From an uncultured Chloroflexia bacterium (GTDB lineage: Bacteria > Chloroflexota > Limnocylindria > QHBO01), in the NCBI GenBank assembly GCA_963814375.1, contig CAWFCQ010000003.1, positions 1 through 64,000 on the forward strand: a stretch of 64,000 bases of DNA. Reading direction: 5' to 3'. The position numbers and the translations under genes were made by a program. Every line of letters starts with the position of its first letter. The stretch's first letter is position 1. Positions 62,086 through 64,000 of this stretch are shown piece by piece. The notes beneath the pieces were generated by a model, which saw only the letters and a program-made list of their open reading frames with translations, was not told the DNA's origin and ran no database searches.

Positions 62086-63003
62086 TCAGGCGGTCTTGCG
62101 CCGTCGCTGGCGCGGCGCCGCCTCTTCGGCCTTCGCCCGCTTCGCCCTGGCCGACGCCTTGGCTGGTGCCTTGGCGGTTGCCTTGGCCTTTGCCTTGGCC
62201 GGCGCGGCCTTCGGCGCCTTCCGATCCTCCCGGGCTGCCGAGACCGAGGCCTCGAGGGCCGCCATGAGGTCGGTGATGTTCGTCGGCTCGGCACGCTCCT
62301 GCGGCTCGGGCTCCTCGCCGGCGACCTTCTTCTCGATGACGTCCATCAGCGCCTGCCGGTAGCCGTCCTCGTAGTCCGCGGGGTTGAACTCACCGGTCAT
62401 GCTGGCGACGAGCTGCTCGGCCATCTTCCGCTCCGCGGGCTTGATGTCGACCTCGTCCTCGGGCAGGCTCAGCTCGTCGACGGCGCGAACCTCGTCCGGC
62501 CAGTGGAGCGTGGTCAGGAGCAGCGTCTTCGAGTACGGGTTGAGGGCGGCGAGCTGCTCGCGATCCTTCAGCACGATCTTGCAGATCGCGCTCTTGTTCT
62601 CCTCGACGAGGACGGACTTCAGCAGGTAGAACGCCTTCGCGCCGATCTGCTCGGGCTCGAGGTAGTAGGCCTGCTTCACGAACTGCGTGCCGGCGCCGTC
62701 GCGCGAGGCGTTGATGAACATCTCGATCTCGATGGCACGGACCGTCTTGAGCGGCACCGAGTCGGTGTCCTCGTCGCTGACGACGACGTACTTGCCCTTG
62801 CTCCATTCGTACCCACGCACCGTCTCCGACCGCGGGATCACCTCGTCATGGAAGGGGCAGTACACCTTCATCTGGATCCGGTTCAGGCAGCTGGCGTGCA
62901 GCAGGTTGAAGCCGATGCCTCCCTGCTCGGTCGCCAGGTACAGCTTCACCGGGATGGTCACCAGCCCGAACTGGATCGCCCCCCGCCACATCGATCGCGC
63001 CAT
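62086..63003 (-). CDS. ku: NHEJ Ku protein
   Basis: RSMWRGAIQFGLVTIPVKLY, VRGYE, TLHWPDEVR and DLMAALEAS; Lys/Ala-rich tail. Confidence 0.96.
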   Translation of the reverse strand: MARSMWRGAIQFGLVTIPVKLYLATEQGGIGFNLLHASCLNRIQMKVYCPFHDEVIPRSETVRGYEWSKGKYVVVSDEDTDSVPLKTVRAIEIEMFINASRDGAGTQFVKQAYYLEPEQIGAKAFYLLKSVLVEENKSAICKIVLKDREQLAALNPYSKTLLLTTLHWPDEVRAVDELSLPEDEVDIKPAERKMAEQLVASMTGEFNPADYEDGYRQALMDVIEKKVAGEEPEPQERAEPTNITDLMAALEASVSAAREDRKAPKAAPAKAKAKATAKAPAKASARAKRAKAEEAAPRQRRRKTA

Positions 63004-63191
63004 CGCGTGCGGTGCTCCTCGCCTGCGTCACGTCTTCGGTGGGAGCCCGGAGCACGCGCCGTGCCGGGCCCCGCGGGCGGTGATGGTACAACGGCATCGC
63101 AATCGCTCTGGAGCCGGGTCGATTTACCCCATCAGTACTATGCGGATGGGCCATAGACCGATGTCGGCGCCTGCGCGCGAGACTGGCCGCG

Positions 63192-63584
63192 ATGACCGAT
63201 GCGAGCGCTGCCCTGCGCGCCTACGTGCTCGAGGACGACCCCGATATCGCGGCCCTCGAGGCCGATCTCCTGCGCGAGATGGGCTTCGGCGTGGTGACCT
63301 GCACGCGGATCGTGGAGCTCGGCGACCTGATGGAAGTCGCGCTGCCGCACCTGCTGGTTGTCGACGTCATGCTCCCCGACGGCGATGGCGGTGACATCAC
63401 CGAGCTCCTGCGCACCGCGTGGCCGGGCATCCCGGCGATCTTCGTCTCGGCCGCCAGCCGCGACCGGCTTGCCGAGCTCGCACCGATCGGTCCGGTGGTG
63501 GCGAAGCCATTCGACCTCGACGCGTTCCGCGTCGCCGTCAACCAGGCCCTCGACGGCGACCGGGAGCTCCGCAGCGCATCGTGA
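63192..63584 (+). CDS. Single-domain response regulator receiver
   Basis: VLEDD, VVDVMLPD, FVSA and KPF. Confidence 0.85.
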   Translation: MTDASAALRAYVLEDDPDIAALEADLLREMGFGVVTCTRIVELGDLMEVALPHLLVVDVMLPDGDGGDITELLRTAWPGIPAIFVSAASRDRLAELAPIGPVVAKPFDLDAFRVAVNQALDGDRELRSAS

Positions 63585-63595
63585 GCGCGGCAGCG

Positions 63596-64000
63596 CTAGC
63601 CGGAGCCCTTCGGACCGATGACCGTCACGACGGCCTCGTGCACGCCCCCGTCGGTGCCGACCAGCCGGTATCGGTGCTCCACTCGCGCCACGACCGACAG
63701 CATCGCGTTGACCGGGCAGTAGCGGGTCGCCGACAGCTCGATCGCCCGCCGCAGCGCCTCCGGGGTGACGTCACCTCGAACATGGTGCTCGACCTCGATC
63801 GCGACGAAGACGCGCGGGTGAGACTGGGCGGAGCTGCCGCTCACCGCGATCTGGTAGGCCGAAGCCGACTGGCGCTTCTTGCGCAGGATGCTGCACACGT
63901 CGATCGCGGTGCATCCCGCCAGGGCCGCCAGGAGCGCCTCCTTGGGGCTCGCCGCCGAGTCGTCGCCGTGCGGAGGATCAGCGTCCATCACGATGGGCTG
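63596..64000 (-). CDS. OsmC/YhfA family protein (5' end outside the window)
   Basis: SPKEALLAALAGCTAIDV, HPRVF and SATRYCPV. Confidence 0.9.
   Translation of the reverse strand, partial: QPIVMDADPPHGDDSAASPKEALLAALAGCTAIDVCSILRKKRQSASAYQIAVSGSSAQSHPRVFVAIEVEHHVRGDVTPEALRRAIELSATRYCPVNAMLSVVARVEHRYRLVGTDGGVHEAVVTVIGPKGSG

Noticed and set aside
62840-62905. HxxC...CxxH motif in Ku as a novelty
   Set aside because: A zinc-ribbon-derived bridge with such ligands is already known in some prokaryotic Ku proteins.

Overview
The window is a mosaic of two very different parts. Bases 1 to ~10840 are indel-rich and look like several joined fragments. They carry an alphaproteobacterial-type hisD/UPF0262/LMW-PTP/Maf block, several small secreted-protein genes, a truncated acyl-CoA ligase, and an L-proline-to-pyrrolyl-carrier-protein cassette next to an SGNH protein. 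Bases ~10840-64000 are one coherent, very GC-rich, gene-dense segment with only scattered single frameshifts; gene content suggests a Chloroflexota-like organism (inference only). It carries pstB-phoU-phoB-phoR facing a ppk1/CYTH-CHAD/NUDIX polyphosphate operon, a full ccmABCDEFGHI operon, two lipoprotein cupredoxins, and an ECF sigma with a Rieske-domain putative anti-sigma. Further on are a Rieske/cytochrome b6-type operon led by a GltD/NfnB/DsrL-like NAD(P)H flavo-FeS protein, a TPP-riboswitch thiN-ykoEDC operon, an HTH-GAF-GGDEF protein, a WYL regulator, and Ku followed by a ligase-like gene with all catalytic motifs degenerate. The best candidates for undescribed biology are the flavoprotein-coupled b6c complex, the Ku plus pseudo-ligase pair, the pyrrolyl-ACP plus SGNH cassette, and the Rieske anti-sigma. 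No rRNA, tRNA, CRISPR array or transposase was recognised. All calls come from reading motifs by eye; no searches were run.
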